This document shows, piece after piece, positions 28,015-38,488 of a stretch of DNA of 64,000 nt. Numbering within the stretch: the first letter of the stretch is position 1; every line of letters begins with the position of its first letter. Source of the DNA: Pseudobacteriovorax sp. GTDB taxonomy: Bacteria > Bdellovibrionota_B > Oligoflexia > Oligoflexales > Oligoflexaceae. The stretch spans positions 18,045 through 82,044 of the forward strand of contig JBNKNM010000002.1 of NCBI GenBank assembly GCA_050293845.1, given 5' to 3'. A program made the translations under genes and the position numbers. The notes below the pieces were generated by a model. The model was not told the DNA's origin, searched no databases, and saw only the letters and a program-made list of their open reading frames with translations.

Positions 28015-29742
28015 CTATGCAGCTCCTTTATTCCTGTTATCACTATCTGAAGCTGTGTTTTTTACCACTTCCAAAACATCGATTTCACCTTGACTCAGTT
28101 TTACGAGAGCGTTCTGTCTTAGGGTTCTCATTCCTTCTCGGATAGCGATCTCCTTGAGTACCATGGCGGGTTCTCCTCGCATAATGGCGCTACGGATCTC
28201 ATCGGATATCACCATGACTTCATGAATGGCTACTCTCCCCTTGTAACCAGTTCCACTACATTGTTCACAACCCATGCCTTTATATGTTTTGAAATTACTG
28301 ACATGTTGAGGGGGGACACCGAGTTCCAATAAATATTCAGTTTTGGAAGAGTGATCTAATGCACGGCATTTTGTGCAGATTTTCCGAGATAAGCGCTGAG
28401 CGACAATAGCATTTAGGGAGGAAATCAAATTAAAAGATTCTAGTCCCATATTCTGTAGGCGGATCACAGTATCAGCAGCAGAATTCGTATGGAGTGTTGA
28501 TAGTACCAGATGTCCGGTCAATGCTGCTTTGATAGCAATTTCACCAGTCTCAAGATCACGAATCTCGCCAACCATGATAATATCGGGGTCTTGACGGAGA
28601 AAAGCACGCAATGCTGAGGCGAAAGAAAGGCCGATTTGTGAGTTGATATGCACCTGATTGATACCATCGATGGTGAACTCAACGGGGTCCTCCGCTGTCA
28701 TAATATTTTCTGAGACCTTATTGAGATCTGAAAGAGCAGAGTATAAGGTTGTAGTTTTTCCTGAACCAGTGGGTCCTGTGACCAAGACCATACCAAATGG
28801 TTTGTGAATAGCCTTTTTAAATCTTTCGAAATCATCAGATTCAAACCCTAATTTAGTCAGATCCACATTGAGGGCTGACTTGTCTAAGATCCGTAGCACA
28901 ATCTTTTCGCCAAACACGGTCGGCAGTGTATTAACCCGAAAGTCAATAGGGCGGCCTGAGATGGTGACGCTAATGTTTCCATCTTGAGGCAGTCGTTTTT
29001 CTGCAATGTTGAGGCCAGCCATGATTTTAAAACGACTGGTGATAGGGGCTTTAAATTGGGCTGGGGGACGGGCTATTTCGAGCAAAGCTCCATCGACTCG
29101 TAAGCGCACTCGTAAGAAATTCTCATAGGGCTCAAGGTGAATATCGGAAGCACCTGTAGAGACACATTGTAGCAGAATCTGATCAACAATTTGGATAACA
29201 GGACCCGATTCTTCAGAAACACCCTCGCTAATGGTAGTGCGTTTGTCGGCTTTTTGTTTTACTCCTGTTCTAAGGCTGGAAGCATTGTCCTTGCTAAGTT
29301 TGTCAATATCCATACCTTGCACCCGATAGTACCTTTCCAGGGCACGAGTAACTTGTGATTCGCTGGCAAGTACCGGCTTAGCAACAAATCCTGTTTTGAA
29401 GCGAATAAGGTCGATAAGCTTCAGGTTATGGGGGTTTTCAAGTGCTACAATAATGTTGTTGCCCACGCGGTCCAGGGGAATAATACGTGATTTGCGTGCA
29501 ATATCAGTGGGTACAAGCTCAATGATGCTCTTGGGGATGTCCATGGCATCGAGATTGGCTATTTTTATCTTAAAACTATGGGAGTAGGCCCCTAGGAGCA
29601 GGCGTTCTTCAGCAGCTCCCATACGATTCAGGGCATGGACTACTAAAATTCCTTGCTTTTGCCCAAGGGCTTCCGCCTCGGCAAAAATTTGCGGAGGAAC
29701 TTTTAACTGATTGATGACAATCTCTTTAAATGAACTTTTCAC
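28015..29742 (-). CDS. pilB: Type IV pilus assembly ATPase PilB
   Basis: ASDIHLEP, EKRLPQDG, GPTGSGKTTT, LRQDPD and the tetra-Cys CTKC/CEQC motifs. Confidence 0.96.
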   Translation of the reverse strand: MKSSFKEIVINQLKVPPQIFAEAEALGQKQGILVVHALNRMGAAEERLLLGAYSHSFKIKIANLDAMDIPKSIIELVPTDIARKSRIIPLDRVGNNIIVALENPHNLKLIDLIRFKTGFVAKPVLASESQVTRALERYYRVQGMDIDKLSKDNASSLRTGVKQKADKRTTISEGVSEESGPVIQIVDQILLQCVSTGASDIHLEPYENFLRVRLRVDGALLEIARPPAQFKAPITSRFKIMAGLNIAEKRLPQDGNISVTISGRPIDFRVNTLPTVFGEKIVLRILDKSALNVDLTKLGFESDDFERFKKAIHKPFGMVLVTGPTGSGKTTTLYSALSDLNKVSENIMTAEDPVEFTIDGINQVHINSQIGLSFASALRAFLRQDPDIIMVGEIRDLETGEIAIKAALTGHLVLSTLHTNSAADTVIRLQNMGLESFNLISSLNAIVAQRLSRKICTKCRALDHSSKTEYLLELGVPPQHVSNFKTYKGMGCEQCSGTGYKGRVAIHEVMVISDEIRSAIMRGEPAMVLKEIAIREGMRTLRQNALVKLSQGEIDVLEVVKNTASDSDNRNKGAA

Positions 29743-29852
29743 CGATCACCGAAGTTTAAGGTTCTTGCTCCCTGTGATCGGGATAATCTACTAAAGCTTT
29801 AACTATATCCAAGATCTGAATATATGATTATGATGGGCATCTCACATTTTGA

Positions 29853-30566
29853 CTAAATAGTATCTTCCAGATAAAACTTTTTGGGGTCAACATGAACATG
29901 GCGACTTTGCCTTAACTGCTGTCGCGCAAGCTTATGCAGGAAGGCATCTAGCTGAAAGTCTTCCTGAGTAATGGCTTTTTTGACTTGACGTCGAATTGTA
30001 CGGTAGGCTTTGTAAGGGTGAAAAATGATTCCCTTACTGAGATAATAGCGATCTTCTAGCTTATAAATATAGCTTTGAAATATGTCACTTTTAGAAATTC
30101 CGTCAAGCCGCTCATCAGGTCTTGCTGATACAGTATATTTATGGCCCTTGATAAGGCTTCTGATATTCAGTGATTGGCTTCCAATTTTAGTGACGCAAAA
30201 AACAGAATGCTCTATGGGCTCTATAGATACCTTATTGAGTCCGTCAGTATAGGAGGTGTAGGGTGTTTTTCCTTGGTAATCAGATAGTAATTCAACGGGT
30301 CTATCAAAAAGAAAATGATCAATGAAATAACTGATGCGACTTTGGAAAAAATAATCATCGACAAAAACTTTTCCAGTTTTCCAATAGAACTGTTCTTTAG
30401 CTTTGACCAGCTGTTCAGAGCCAAAAGTCTGATATGCCCATAGTAGAAGCTTTTCGATTTCTTTTTCAACAAGGGAGTCTGTGTCACCACCTACGGCATC
30501 ATCGATAGCCAGTAGTTTGTAGGTTGAGACTTTTTGGTTAACTTCTATTGTTTCAGTAGACACCAT
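29853..30566 (-). CDS. Conserved-looking hypothetical protein
   Basis: 237 aa ORF overlapping the upstream gene; operon context upstream of pilB. Confidence 0.7.
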   Translation of the reverse strand: MVSTETIEVNQKVSTYKLLAIDDAVGGDTDSLVEKEIEKLLLWAYQTFGSEQLVKAKEQFYWKTGKVFVDDYFFQSRISYFIDHFLFDRPVELLSDYQGKTPYTSYTDGLNKVSIEPIEHSVFCVTKIGSQSLNIRSLIKGHKYTVSARPDERLDGISKSDIFQSYIYKLEDRYYLSKGIIFHPYKAYRTIRRQVKKAITQEDFQLDAFLHKLARQQLRQSRHVHVDPKKFYLEDTI

Positions 30567-30961
30567 TCTAGAACCTTTTCTCCAAGGACAGGTATTCTAA
30601 ATCGTAAGGGTACCCAAATGTACATGATTCCCTTACCACAAGCTTGCTCAAGTAGCGAAAGATGAGTGGTCTCGTTATTTTCGTCCTGATTCATTATTAT
30701 GTCATCTATTGGGATATAAATGCCATAATCTAAATAATGCTTCTGCACTTTTCTTTTGGTATCCAAGTAATTTAAGCTACTTACACTTGAAAAATCAGGA
30801 AGATTATAGGATGCAGATACGGCAATGATTGCCGGCCGACAACTACTATAAATGGCAATTAAAATCGGTATAAGCGAAAGGATCATCCATCCTTTTTTTT
30901 TAACGCGTGAATTAACAGCATTTAGAAATTTTCGTGGTGACCTTATTGCTTCTGATTCCAT
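30545..30961 (-). CDS. Hypothetical protein with an N-terminal TM helix
   Basis: 138 aa; hydrophobic segment WMILSLIPILIAIY; overlaps both neighbours. Confidence 0.6.
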   Translation of the reverse strand: MESEAIRSPRKFLNAVNSRVKKKGWMILSLIPILIAIYSSCRPAIIAVSASYNLPDFSSVSSLNYLDTKRKVQKHYLDYGIYIPIDDIIMNQDENNETTHLSLLEQACGKGIMYIWVPLRFRIPVLGEKVLEWCLLKQ

Positions 30962-31515
30962 ATAATTTCGGCAACCCTCCCCTTGTGGCTGATATAACGA
31001 CTTAATACAAAGAACCAGTCGCTAAGTCTATTAAGGTATGATAGGGGCTCTTCACGGACAGGAGATTCCTGTTTTAACTGTACTGTCAATCGCTCTGCTC
31101 TGCGACAAACGGTGCGGCAAATATGAGCTAGTGAATTCGCCTTATGACCTCCCGGAAGAACAAAGTTTTTGAGTGGAGCTAAATCTTTGTTCATATCATC
31201 AATCTCCGACTCCAGCCTGGCAATAGCTGATGACTGCAGCAAATATGCTGCTGAAGGATCAAGGGAAGTTGCGGGAGTTGCCAGTTCACCACCTATATCA
31301 AACAGCTCATGCTGGACCTGGGAAAGAAGAGGGTCAAGGCTCTGCAATGCCTCATGGGCTTTAGCCTCATCGCGCAAAAGCCCCACAAAGCTATTGAGCT
31401 CATCAATATTCCCATAGGCTTCAATGCGAATGTCATTTTTAGCTATTTTACTTCCGTCGGCTAACCGCGTAGAGCCTTTATCGCCAGTACGGGTGTAGAT
31501 ACGAGTAAGTCGCAC
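30943..31515 (-). CDS. PduO-type ATP:cob(I)alamin adenosyltransferase
   Basis: IYTRTGDKG, GNIDELNS, FVLPGG, RTVCRRAER and YLNRLSD motifs. Confidence 0.95.
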   Translation of the reverse strand: MRLTRIYTRTGDKGSTRLADGSKIAKNDIRIEAYGNIDELNSFVGLLRDEAKAHEALQSLDPLLSQVQHELFDIGGELATPATSLDPSAAYLLQSSAIARLESEIDDMNKDLAPLKNFVLPGGHKANSLAHICRTVCRRAERLTVQLKQESPVREEPLSYLNRLSDWFFVLSRYISHKGRVAEIIWNQKQ

Positions 31516-31626
31516 TTGTTCCTCCGAGTGATATTTACCGAGTCTTTGTATTACTCTGCTTTTTCGGTGAGGAACAGACGTCTTATTGGCATTCTATTCT
31601 GAGATCTCATCTTATCCCGATCCAGA

Positions 31627-31923
31627 CTAGGATTCCGCGCTACGATTGACCTGATCACGCATTTTATCTGATGGGTGAAAGGTTACAACTCGCCTTGCTG
31701 AAATTTCGATTTTATCACCAGTATGGGGATTGCGACCGGGACGGGAGCGCTTTTCCTTTACCGTCCACTTACCGAACCCTGATATTTTTACATCCTTTCC
31801 ATCTTCCAGTCTAAGCTTGATCTCTTCTAGAATAATCTCAAGGATTTCTTTCGCTTCTTTGACAGGATAGCCCACCTTGTCGCGTATTAATTCGACTAGT
31901 ACATCCTTGGTTAAAGTTGACAT
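31627..31923 (-). CDS. ihfA: Integration host factor subunit alpha / HU family
   Basis: LTK, VKISGFG and RPGRNPHTG..ISARRVVTF motifs; GAGGAA RBS. Confidence 0.88.
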   Translation of the reverse strand: MSTLTKDVLVELIRDKVGYPVKEAKEILEIILEEIKLRLEDGKDVKISGFGKWTVKEKRSRPGRNPHTGDKIEISARRVVTFHPSDKMRDQVNRSAES

Positions 31924-32146
31924 AGTGTTTCCTCCTGGTTCTGGAATCCTTGACCTAGAAATCTCAGTTCAAGTCGGAGATTTCCGAACTTACCTAAGTA
32001 TATTAGCAGGTTCTTTACAAATCGAGAAGATAACGGACGAAAAATTTTAAATATTTTTAATTAGGGTGAGAAATTAGACCAGAAAATGCAAAATCTCATG
32101 ATTTTATCATTCAATATACTCCAAGTATTTTCAGGCAGTTCATAGC

Positions 32147-32174
32147 TTGACTTGTATGAAGTGGGCTATAAAAT
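32147..32174 (+). promoter_or_regulatory. Putative sigma70 promoter of the ABC operon
   Basis: TTGACT-N16-TAAAAT, about 43 bp upstream of ATG 32218. Confidence 0.45.
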
Positions 32175-32217
32175 ACGAGTTTATACAAATTTGAACCATT
32201 GACAGGAGATAATCGGG

Positions 32218-33138
32218 ATGATCGAAGTCTCGGGTGTAAGTAAAAATTTTGGAGAGGTTGCGGCTCTCAATCAAGTCTCCTTTACCGTAGAGAGGGGACA
32301 GATTATTGGCTTCCTGGGGGCCAATGGTGCAGGGAAAACGACAACCATGGACATCATTTGTGGATGCTTAGGGTCTGACCAGGGTACAGTTAAGATTTGT
32401 GGGTTCGATATAACAGATAGTCCCATTGAGGCTAAGCAAAAAATTGGGTACTTACCGGATGAACCGCCAATTCATCATGACATGAAAGTAGAAGAATTCG
32501 TTCGCTATGTAGCCAAGATTCGTGGCGTCGCTGCAGCAAAAATTTCCCAAAGGGTCAGTGAGGTCTTAGAGAAACTCTCCCTAGGATCTATGGCTGGTCG
32601 GATTATTGGCAACCTTTCTAAAGGTTATAAACAGAGGGTCGGTCTGGCTCAAGCCCTGATTCACAATCCCGAAGTTCTGGTTCTCGACGAACCAACGGAA
32701 GGGTTAGACCCTAAGCAGATTGTTCATATTCGCGAGCTGATTAAGTCATTAGCGGGCGAACACACTATTCTATTTAGCTCACACATTCTTTCCGAGGTTC
32801 AATCGCTGTGTGACGAACTCATTATAATCGATAATGGCAGAATCGTTGAACAGGGTTCCTATAGCGAAATCATGAATAAGTATGATGGGGGGACATCCTA
32901 CGAGCTTCAGGTACGCCAGGGTGCTAGCACACTGGTAGAGCAGCTGGTCAGCATCGAAGGCTTGAGCTTACAGGGTAAAGTGAAAAGCAATAGCAATGTT
33001 ATAGAGTTTTCTACTGGTACTGATAGCACCGTCGTTGATAAAGTTGCTAGACAGGTTCTTGATGGCGACTTTGGTTTGGTTCAGTTGGCCAGGAAATCAG
33101 CAAGTTTAGAAGATGTTTTCTTTAAACTCACCCGCTAG
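32218..33138 (+). CDS. ABC transporter ATP-binding protein (GldA-like)
   Basis: GANGAGKTT Walker A, LSKGYKQRVGLAQA signature, LDEPT Walker B. Confidence 0.93.
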   Translation: MIEVSGVSKNFGEVAALNQVSFTVERGQIIGFLGANGAGKTTTMDIICGCLGSDQGTVKICGFDITDSPIEAKQKIGYLPDEPPIHHDMKVEEFVRYVAKIRGVAAAKISQRVSEVLEKLSLGSMAGRIIGNLSKGYKQRVGLAQALIHNPEVLVLDEPTEGLDPKQIVHIRELIKSLAGEHTILFSSHILSEVQSLCDELIIIDNGRIVEQGSYSEIMNKYDGGTSYELQVRQGASTLVEQLVSIEGLSLQGKVKSNSNVIEFSTGTDSTVVDKVARQVLDGDFGLVQLARKSASLEDVFFKLTR

Positions 33139-33147
33139 GAGTTAGTC

Positions 33148-33912
33148 GTGAATTCAATTTTTACGATCGCAAAGCGTGATCTATTCTCTTTTTTCTATTC
33201 CCTAAAAGGGTCGATTGTTTTCTGGTTCTTTTTGATTTTCATTGGTTTTTTCTTCCATTCTTTTGTGGTGTCATTTATGGAAATGCAGTCCCAATCTATG
33301 GGGTACGGAGGACAGGGACCAACCTTAAGTCAGCTTTTGACAGCGATATTCCATAACCTTCACTTTATTCTTCTCCTTATCGTTCCGGCTGTAACCATGG
33401 CTTCTTTTGCAGAAGAGAAAAAAACACATGTGGATAGATTGCTGCAAACATCCCCGGTTACCACTTTGCAGATTGTGTTAGGGAAATTTTTTGCCAGTAC
33501 AGGGGTGCTTATTCTAGCTTTGGTAGCTTCGATTGTGTTTCCTTTATTTACGGTAATCTATGGCAATGCCGATGTGGGTGCCATAGCTTCCGCCTATTTA
33601 GGGGTAGCTCTGCTCATTTGCTCACAAGTGGCGCTGGGTGTCTGGATCTCTTCCATGACAGATAATCAGTTTATTGCCTTTGTGTTTACGATGTTCGGTT
33701 TGTTTTTTCTGCTTATTTTAAACTGGATTGCTCCTAATATTACTTCACCCGGATCTACTGAGCAATTTGTCAAGTATCTTGCTTCAACAAGCCATCTTGA
33801 CAATTTTTTTAAGGGTTTGATAACCGTGGCGGATGTCACCTACTTCTTGCTATTTACTACATTATTTTTATTTTTTACCTATGTTGCTCTAGATTCGAAA
33901 AGATGGAGGTAG
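33148..33912 (+). CDS. ABC-2 type permease (GldF-like)
   Basis: AKRDL, PAVTMASFAEEKK...LLQTSP...IVLGKF motifs; six TM segments. Confidence 0.9.
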   Translation: MNSIFTIAKRDLFSFFYSLKGSIVFWFFLIFIGFFFHSFVVSFMEMQSQSMGYGGQGPTLSQLLTAIFHNLHFILLLIVPAVTMASFAEEKKTHVDRLLQTSPVTTLQIVLGKFFASTGVLILALVASIVFPLFTVIYGNADVGAIASAYLGVALLICSQVALGVWISSMTDNQFIAFVFTMFGLFFLLILNWIAPNITSPGSTEQFVKYLASTSHLDNFFKGLITVADVTYFLLFTTLFLFFTYVALDSKRWR

Positions 33913-33915
33913 GCT

Positions 33916-35535
33916 ATGAAATCGAGTCTTTTTATTCTGCCATTCCTGGCTTTACTATTTATAGCCATCGCCGTAGTTACGGGAGTATCTCTAAAAGAAC
34001 TGCCCATGGTTTCCTATGTTCTTTGGGGTCTTGGCGGTAGCAGTGTATTTCTTTGGTTGGTGCTGGATAAGGAAGGGTTTCAGAAAGTTTTTTCACGCAA
34101 AGGAGCCAAATATGGTGCAACTTCTGGAGCTACGGTCGTCCTAGGGATTGCCATTATCATTGGTATTGGATTTCTCACGAACCGTGTGCGCTTTAATAAG
34201 TCATTTGATGTCACCCGCGATGGTATCAATACTCTTTCCGATCAGAGTGCGAAGGCTATTGCTAACCTAGCTGAAAAGGACGCCGTGGTTGCTATACAAA
34301 CGTTCTTTCAAGATGAGCTAAAGAAACAAAAATTTGTTGATTTATTAGCTCTTTATCAAGCTGCTGGTCTCCAAGCTTTAGTGGAGCATGTCGATCCTCA
34401 GGAAGATCCAACCAAGGCCATCGCTGCTAATGTCACAACAGCTGATACCGTTATTCTGAAGCTGGGTGAGAGCGAAAGCCGTTTGACAAGCTTTACCGAG
34501 GAAAAAATGACCAATAGCTTTCTTGGCTTGCTGAAAAGTAAAACTAAGAAGATCATTTTTACGATAGGTCATGGCGAAAAGGATCTAGCTTCCCGGGAAG
34601 CCAATGGTTATGCATTGGCTAAGCAAGAGTTGGAGTCTGAGCGATTTGAGGTGGCAACCATAAATCTTCTGGAGCAAGAACAGGTGGCCGAAGATGTGGA
34701 TTTGCTGGTTATAGCCGGCCCTAAATATGACTTTCGTGATACCGAAATCAACATGGTGGTGAACTATCTAGATCGGGGTAAACCAATTTTTGTACTGTTT
34801 GATGCTTTAACAGCATTGCCTAATTTGGAAAAATTTATCCAGGACTATGGTCTCAAAGTGAATCCCGATATTCTGCTGCTCAGTCCTGATGATCCTCGCG
34901 CCCAAATTTTAGGTCAGAATAATGCTATTGTCACAGACTTTGATCAATTCTCAGCAGCTACAAAAGACTTTGCCCAAAATGGTTCCATGGCTCTAGTGAT
35001 CTCCAATACGCGGTCCGTCGACGAGATTACCGATAATGAGAAAAAAATGAAGCCTAGTTTGGTTGCTAAAACCTCGAAAATCATCATCGGTGTGGGTGAT
35101 GTTAGAAAGCCATCAGATCTCGAAAATATTACCCAGGATAGGGTGCTTTCGGGACCTTTTGCTGTCCTAGGAATAGCGACAGGTCAAATAGGAGGCAGTG
35201 AAGTAGCCTCTAAGGATGAAGAAGCCAAGAAAGACCTTCCCCTTGAAGGAGCAAAAACATCCAAGGAGCTCCGATTGGCAGTTATGGGTTCGTCCGATAT
35301 TGTCAGCAATATAGGAGCTCAAAGGGGTGAGAATGTCGATCTGTTCTTGAATGTTGTGAACTATCTCACCCAAGATGAATCATTTATTTCTATCCGCCCT
35401 AAGGATGAGACCAAGTCGAGCTTGGATTTATCTTCGGCTAGTAGCCAGTTATGGCTTTTGTTTTTCTCCTATCTCTACCCGACATTGTTTTTGGGCGGAG
35501 GTGTTTTTTATTGGATAGTAAGGAGAAGAGCATGA
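33916..35535 (+). CDS. GldG-like ABC auxiliary component
   Basis: FDVTRDGINTLS, FTIGHGEK, LLVIAGPK and NYL...ISIRPK motifs; C-terminal TM followed by RRR. Confidence 0.88.
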   Translation: MKSSLFILPFLALLFIAIAVVTGVSLKELPMVSYVLWGLGGSSVFLWLVLDKEGFQKVFSRKGAKYGATSGATVVLGIAIIIGIGFLTNRVRFNKSFDVTRDGINTLSDQSAKAIANLAEKDAVVAIQTFFQDELKKQKFVDLLALYQAAGLQALVEHVDPQEDPTKAIAANVTTADTVILKLGESESRLTSFTEEKMTNSFLGLLKSKTKKIIFTIGHGEKDLASREANGYALAKQELESERFEVATINLLEQEQVAEDVDLLVIAGPKYDFRDTEINMVVNYLDRGKPIFVLFDALTALPNLEKFIQDYGLKVNPDILLLSPDDPRAQILGQNNAIVTDFDQFSAATKDFAQNGSMALVISNTRSVDEITDNEKKMKPSLVAKTSKIIIGVGDVRKPSDLENITQDRVLSGPFAVLGIATGQIGGSEVASKDEEAKKDLPLEGAKTSKELRLAVMGSSDIVSNIGAQRGENVDLFLNVVNYLTQDESFISIRPKDETKSSLDLSSASSQLWLLFFSYLYPTLFLGGGVFYWIVRRRA

Positions 35536-36866
35536 AGGCGATGACAAAAATCATCGGTTTGCTGCTGGTCCTGGGGATATTGGGTGGCGTTGCCTACTGG
35601 GATGAGTGGCAGACTGAACGGGAAACAAAAGAGAAAGAAAACCTCTCAAAAGTCTTTATCGATCTAGCAGCAAAAGACATAATCAGTATTCAGATAGAGT
35701 CAAAAATTGAAGACTACAAACTGACATTGGAAAAGCAGAGTGGCAACTGGACTATAGTTAGTCCTCTGTCTTACCTAGCTGACCAGGAGGTTGTCGCTGC
35801 CTTTCTGAAGCAAGTTGTGGATCTGAAATTTGAGAAATCTTTACCTGTTGATACTGCTAATCGTCTTAAAGACTTTGGCTTAGACAATCCAGAAATCAGT
35901 GTGACTTTAAATAAGGACGCAAAGTTGTCACTAGCACTGGGTTTGAAAACCCCTGTTGGTTATAACCGTTATATGCGTGTGGGTGGGTCTGGTCCGGTTA
36001 AAGTGGTTGGGGGATATCTCGGGACCGCTTTGAACAAGAAAATACATGAATTTAGGGATAAAACGATACAAATGCCTTCCCAAAATAACCTTAAACAATT
36101 GACTCTGATTAATAATGAAGAAGTTCCTTTTACAAGGGTTGACGGTGAATGGAAACTGGGAGGAGAGAAGAATCTCCCCATTGATGAAGATGCTTTTTCT
36201 CAATTTATGGGATACTGGCGTAACAACATTATCGAAGAGTTTATCGATAAACCGTCTTCGGATCTGGCAGCAGCCATCAGGGTGAACACAGCAGGAACTT
36301 CATTGGTTGCGGCTCTGCGTTGGATTGATGGCAGTGGTCAAGACATCAGTTGGCAATTTCTTGAAAACAATGATGTTCTTTACGGGCGTATGGTGGGTCA
36401 GGAGGCTTTGTATAAAATCTCCAGTGCGGCCAAAGATCAGTTGCAGAAAACCCTTTGGGATTTTCAGTATAAAAAGATTGCCGACTTTAACAGCACAGAA
36501 GTCCAGAAGGTGAAAATCAATGATCTGTTATATGTGAAAAAAAATAATCAGTGGGTAGCTCCAGATGATTCTGTCAAAGAATTTGTTGCTAGTATGCTTC
36601 TTGATGTGGAGTATGCCAATGCCCTGGAGATTAAACCGTTGCATGAAGTGGAGCTTGCAAAGGATCGATTACAATTCTCTGTTCTACTGGAGATGGAAAA
36701 TAACTCCCAAATAGAATTTGAGGTCTATAAGCATCCGAAGGAGCCGGCCAGCCTATGGGTGCGACTCAAATCCTCCGATCAGGTTTTTGTCGTTAGCGAT
36801 TCTTTTGTCGATAACTTTACCGAAAACCATCTGGCTAAAAGTGAAGACGACGACTCCCAAGGCTAA
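35532..36866 (+). CDS. DUF4340-like periplasmic protein
   Basis: ATGA overlap; N-terminal anchor; W.IVSP..Y.AD, FGLDNP, LG.KTP and FRDK motifs; usual partner of GldG-like genes. Confidence 0.78.
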   Translation: MKAMTKIIGLLLVLGILGGVAYWDEWQTERETKEKENLSKVFIDLAAKDIISIQIESKIEDYKLTLEKQSGNWTIVSPLSYLADQEVVAAFLKQVVDLKFEKSLPVDTANRLKDFGLDNPEISVTLNKDAKLSLALGLKTPVGYNRYMRVGGSGPVKVVGGYLGTALNKKIHEFRDKTIQMPSQNNLKQLTLINNEEVPFTRVDGEWKLGGEKNLPIDEDAFSQFMGYWRNNIIEEFIDKPSSDLAAAIRVNTAGTSLVAALRWIDGSGQDISWQFLENNDVLYGRMVGQEALYKISSAAKDQLQKTLWDFQYKKIADFNSTEVQKVKINDLLYVKKNNQWVAPDDSVKEFVASMLLDVEYANALEIKPLHEVELAKDRLQFSVLLEMENNSQIEFEVYKHPKEPASLWVRLKSSDQVFVVSDSFVDNFTENHLAKSEDDDSQG

Positions 36867-37876
36867 GTGATTTCTGGTTTCATGTCTCTGCCGAGAAGGG
36901 CAGAGACGGCACCTTTAATAGGCAATCCTTCATAAATAACTTGGTAGACCACATTGGTAATAGGGGCATCGACACCAATATTTTGGGTTAATTGATAGGC
37001 TGCTTTTGTAGTGGTAACACCCTCGGCTATAGAGCCTAGGTTAGCGATCACATCATTAAGCTTCTTTCCTCGACCAAGCTCAAATCCAACACGATAGTTA
37101 CGACTTTTTACAGAGGTACAGGTAAGGAAAAGATCTCCCACGCCTCCTAGTCCGTTGAATGTAATGGCTTTGGCTCCTAGGGCTACCCCAATTCTGGTGA
37201 TCTCAGCAAGGCCACGAGTTAGGAGAGCTGCTTGAGCATTGTTTGCCAAGCCTAGACCTGCAGCAGCCCCTGCTGCTAGCGCTACAACATTTTTGAGGGC
37301 TCCAGCAACCTCTAGGCCTATAGGGTCGTCAGAAGTATAGGCTCGGAAGCGCTCCGTATGAAAAATTTCCTGAACTCTTATGGCTGTTTTCTTACTGTAA
37401 CTAGCGATGGAAACGGCTGTGGGCTGGTGTTGAGCTACCTCTATTGCAAAACTAGGCCCTGACAACACCGTAATCATTTCCTTGGGAATGTTAGGGCATT
37501 CTTCGCCAACAATGGTAATGGGCATTTTTAAGCTACCGACTTCGATACCTTTGGAAGCACAGACTAAGGGGATATGGGGGGCGATGTTGGCCGCTATTGA
37601 CTGCAGAACATGCCGCAGATATTGTGTCGGAATTGCTAATACAATGGCCGTTACTTCATGCCAAGGTAGCTTTTCGAAGCTGGTGAATGCCTTTAATTGT
37701 GTTGAAAGGGGGACATCTTTTAAATAGCAGGGGTTGCGATGATGTGAGTTGATATGATCTGCTACTTGGCTCTCACGGGCCCAAAGTATGGTGGGCACCC
37801 CTTTTACTGATAGGTGATGGGCTAATGCTGTTCCAAAGTTTCCCGCTCCTAGCACAAGGACAAGTTCACTTGCCAT
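36863..37876 (-). CDS. gpsA: NAD(P)H-dependent glycerol-3-phosphate dehydrogenase
   Basis: GAGNFGTALA, SKGIE, SGPSFA, GALKNV and GDLFLTC.S..SRN motifs. Confidence 0.97.
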   Translation of the reverse strand: MASELVLVLGAGNFGTALAHHLSVKGVPTILWARESQVADHINSHHRNPCYLKDVPLSTQLKAFTSFEKLPWHEVTAIVLAIPTQYLRHVLQSIAANIAPHIPLVCASKGIEVGSLKMPITIVGEECPNIPKEMITVLSGPSFAIEVAQHQPTAVSIASYSKKTAIRVQEIFHTERFRAYTSDDPIGLEVAGALKNVVALAAGAAAGLGLANNAQAALLTRGLAEITRIGVALGAKAITFNGLGGVGDLFLTCTSVKSRNYRVGFELGRGKKLNDVIANLGSIAEGVTTTKAAYQLTQNIGVDAPITNVVYQVIYEGLPIKGAVSALLGRDMKPEIT

Positions 37877-37955
37877 ATGATCTCCTTTTCGAAAGGCCCT
37901 TGCTCTTCTTATCGTCCTAAGTCATAAAGAATTCGGACCATTTTTTGGGGGAGCA

Positions 37956-38486
37956 ATGCCGGCACAATACCTTTATCCAATATACATTCTCCTTTCAATG
38001 GTTTTAAACCTACTATGGTTTGCTCGCAGTCATATTCTCAGAACTGCTTACGGTCTATTATCGAGCCTGCTACTCCTTCTGATCGTGCAAAACGGCAGCA
38101 TTTCAATCCCTTCATTGTTTATTTTCATTAGTAATATCAGCTTGATGTTTAAATCACAACAGCCACAATTGACGAGTTGGCGGCAAGGTGTGATGCCTTT
38201 ATTGATAGGTTTTGGGGTGATTTATTATATGCCACCAACCACAGGCGCATTTAGTCTAGTCCTTTTATATGCTTTCTGGTATCCCCTCAAGGATCAAGGT
38301 CTGTCTAGTTGGGCTATCGCCGGAGAGTTATTAGCGACGGCAGGGTATTTGGGACTTGTTGCAAAACAGCAGTGGATAGCCGCAGTTTTATTACTGCTGG
38401 TTTGGAAAATCGGACAGTTCCAGCTGATAAAGTTGCTCTCTAAGGACGGTTGGAACACTGAGGCAATTGAATTGTTAAGAGGGTAG
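37956..38486 (+). CDS. Multi-pass membrane protein with a NuoK-like C-terminal half (possible NuoJ-K-like fusion)
   Basis: GGGGGAG RBS; AIAGELLATAGYLGLV and terminal EAIELLRG resemble NuoK TM2 and the NuoK C-terminus. Confidence 0.5.
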   Translation: MPAQYLYPIYILLSMVLNLLWFARSHILRTAYGLLSSLLLLLIVQNGSISIPSLFIFISNISLMFKSQQPQLTSWRQGVMPLLIGFGVIYYMPPTTGAFSLVLLYAFWYPLKDQGLSSWAIAGELLATAGYLGLVAKQQWIAAVLLLLVWKIGQFQLIKLLSKDGWNTEAIELLRG

Positions 38487-38488
38487 AC

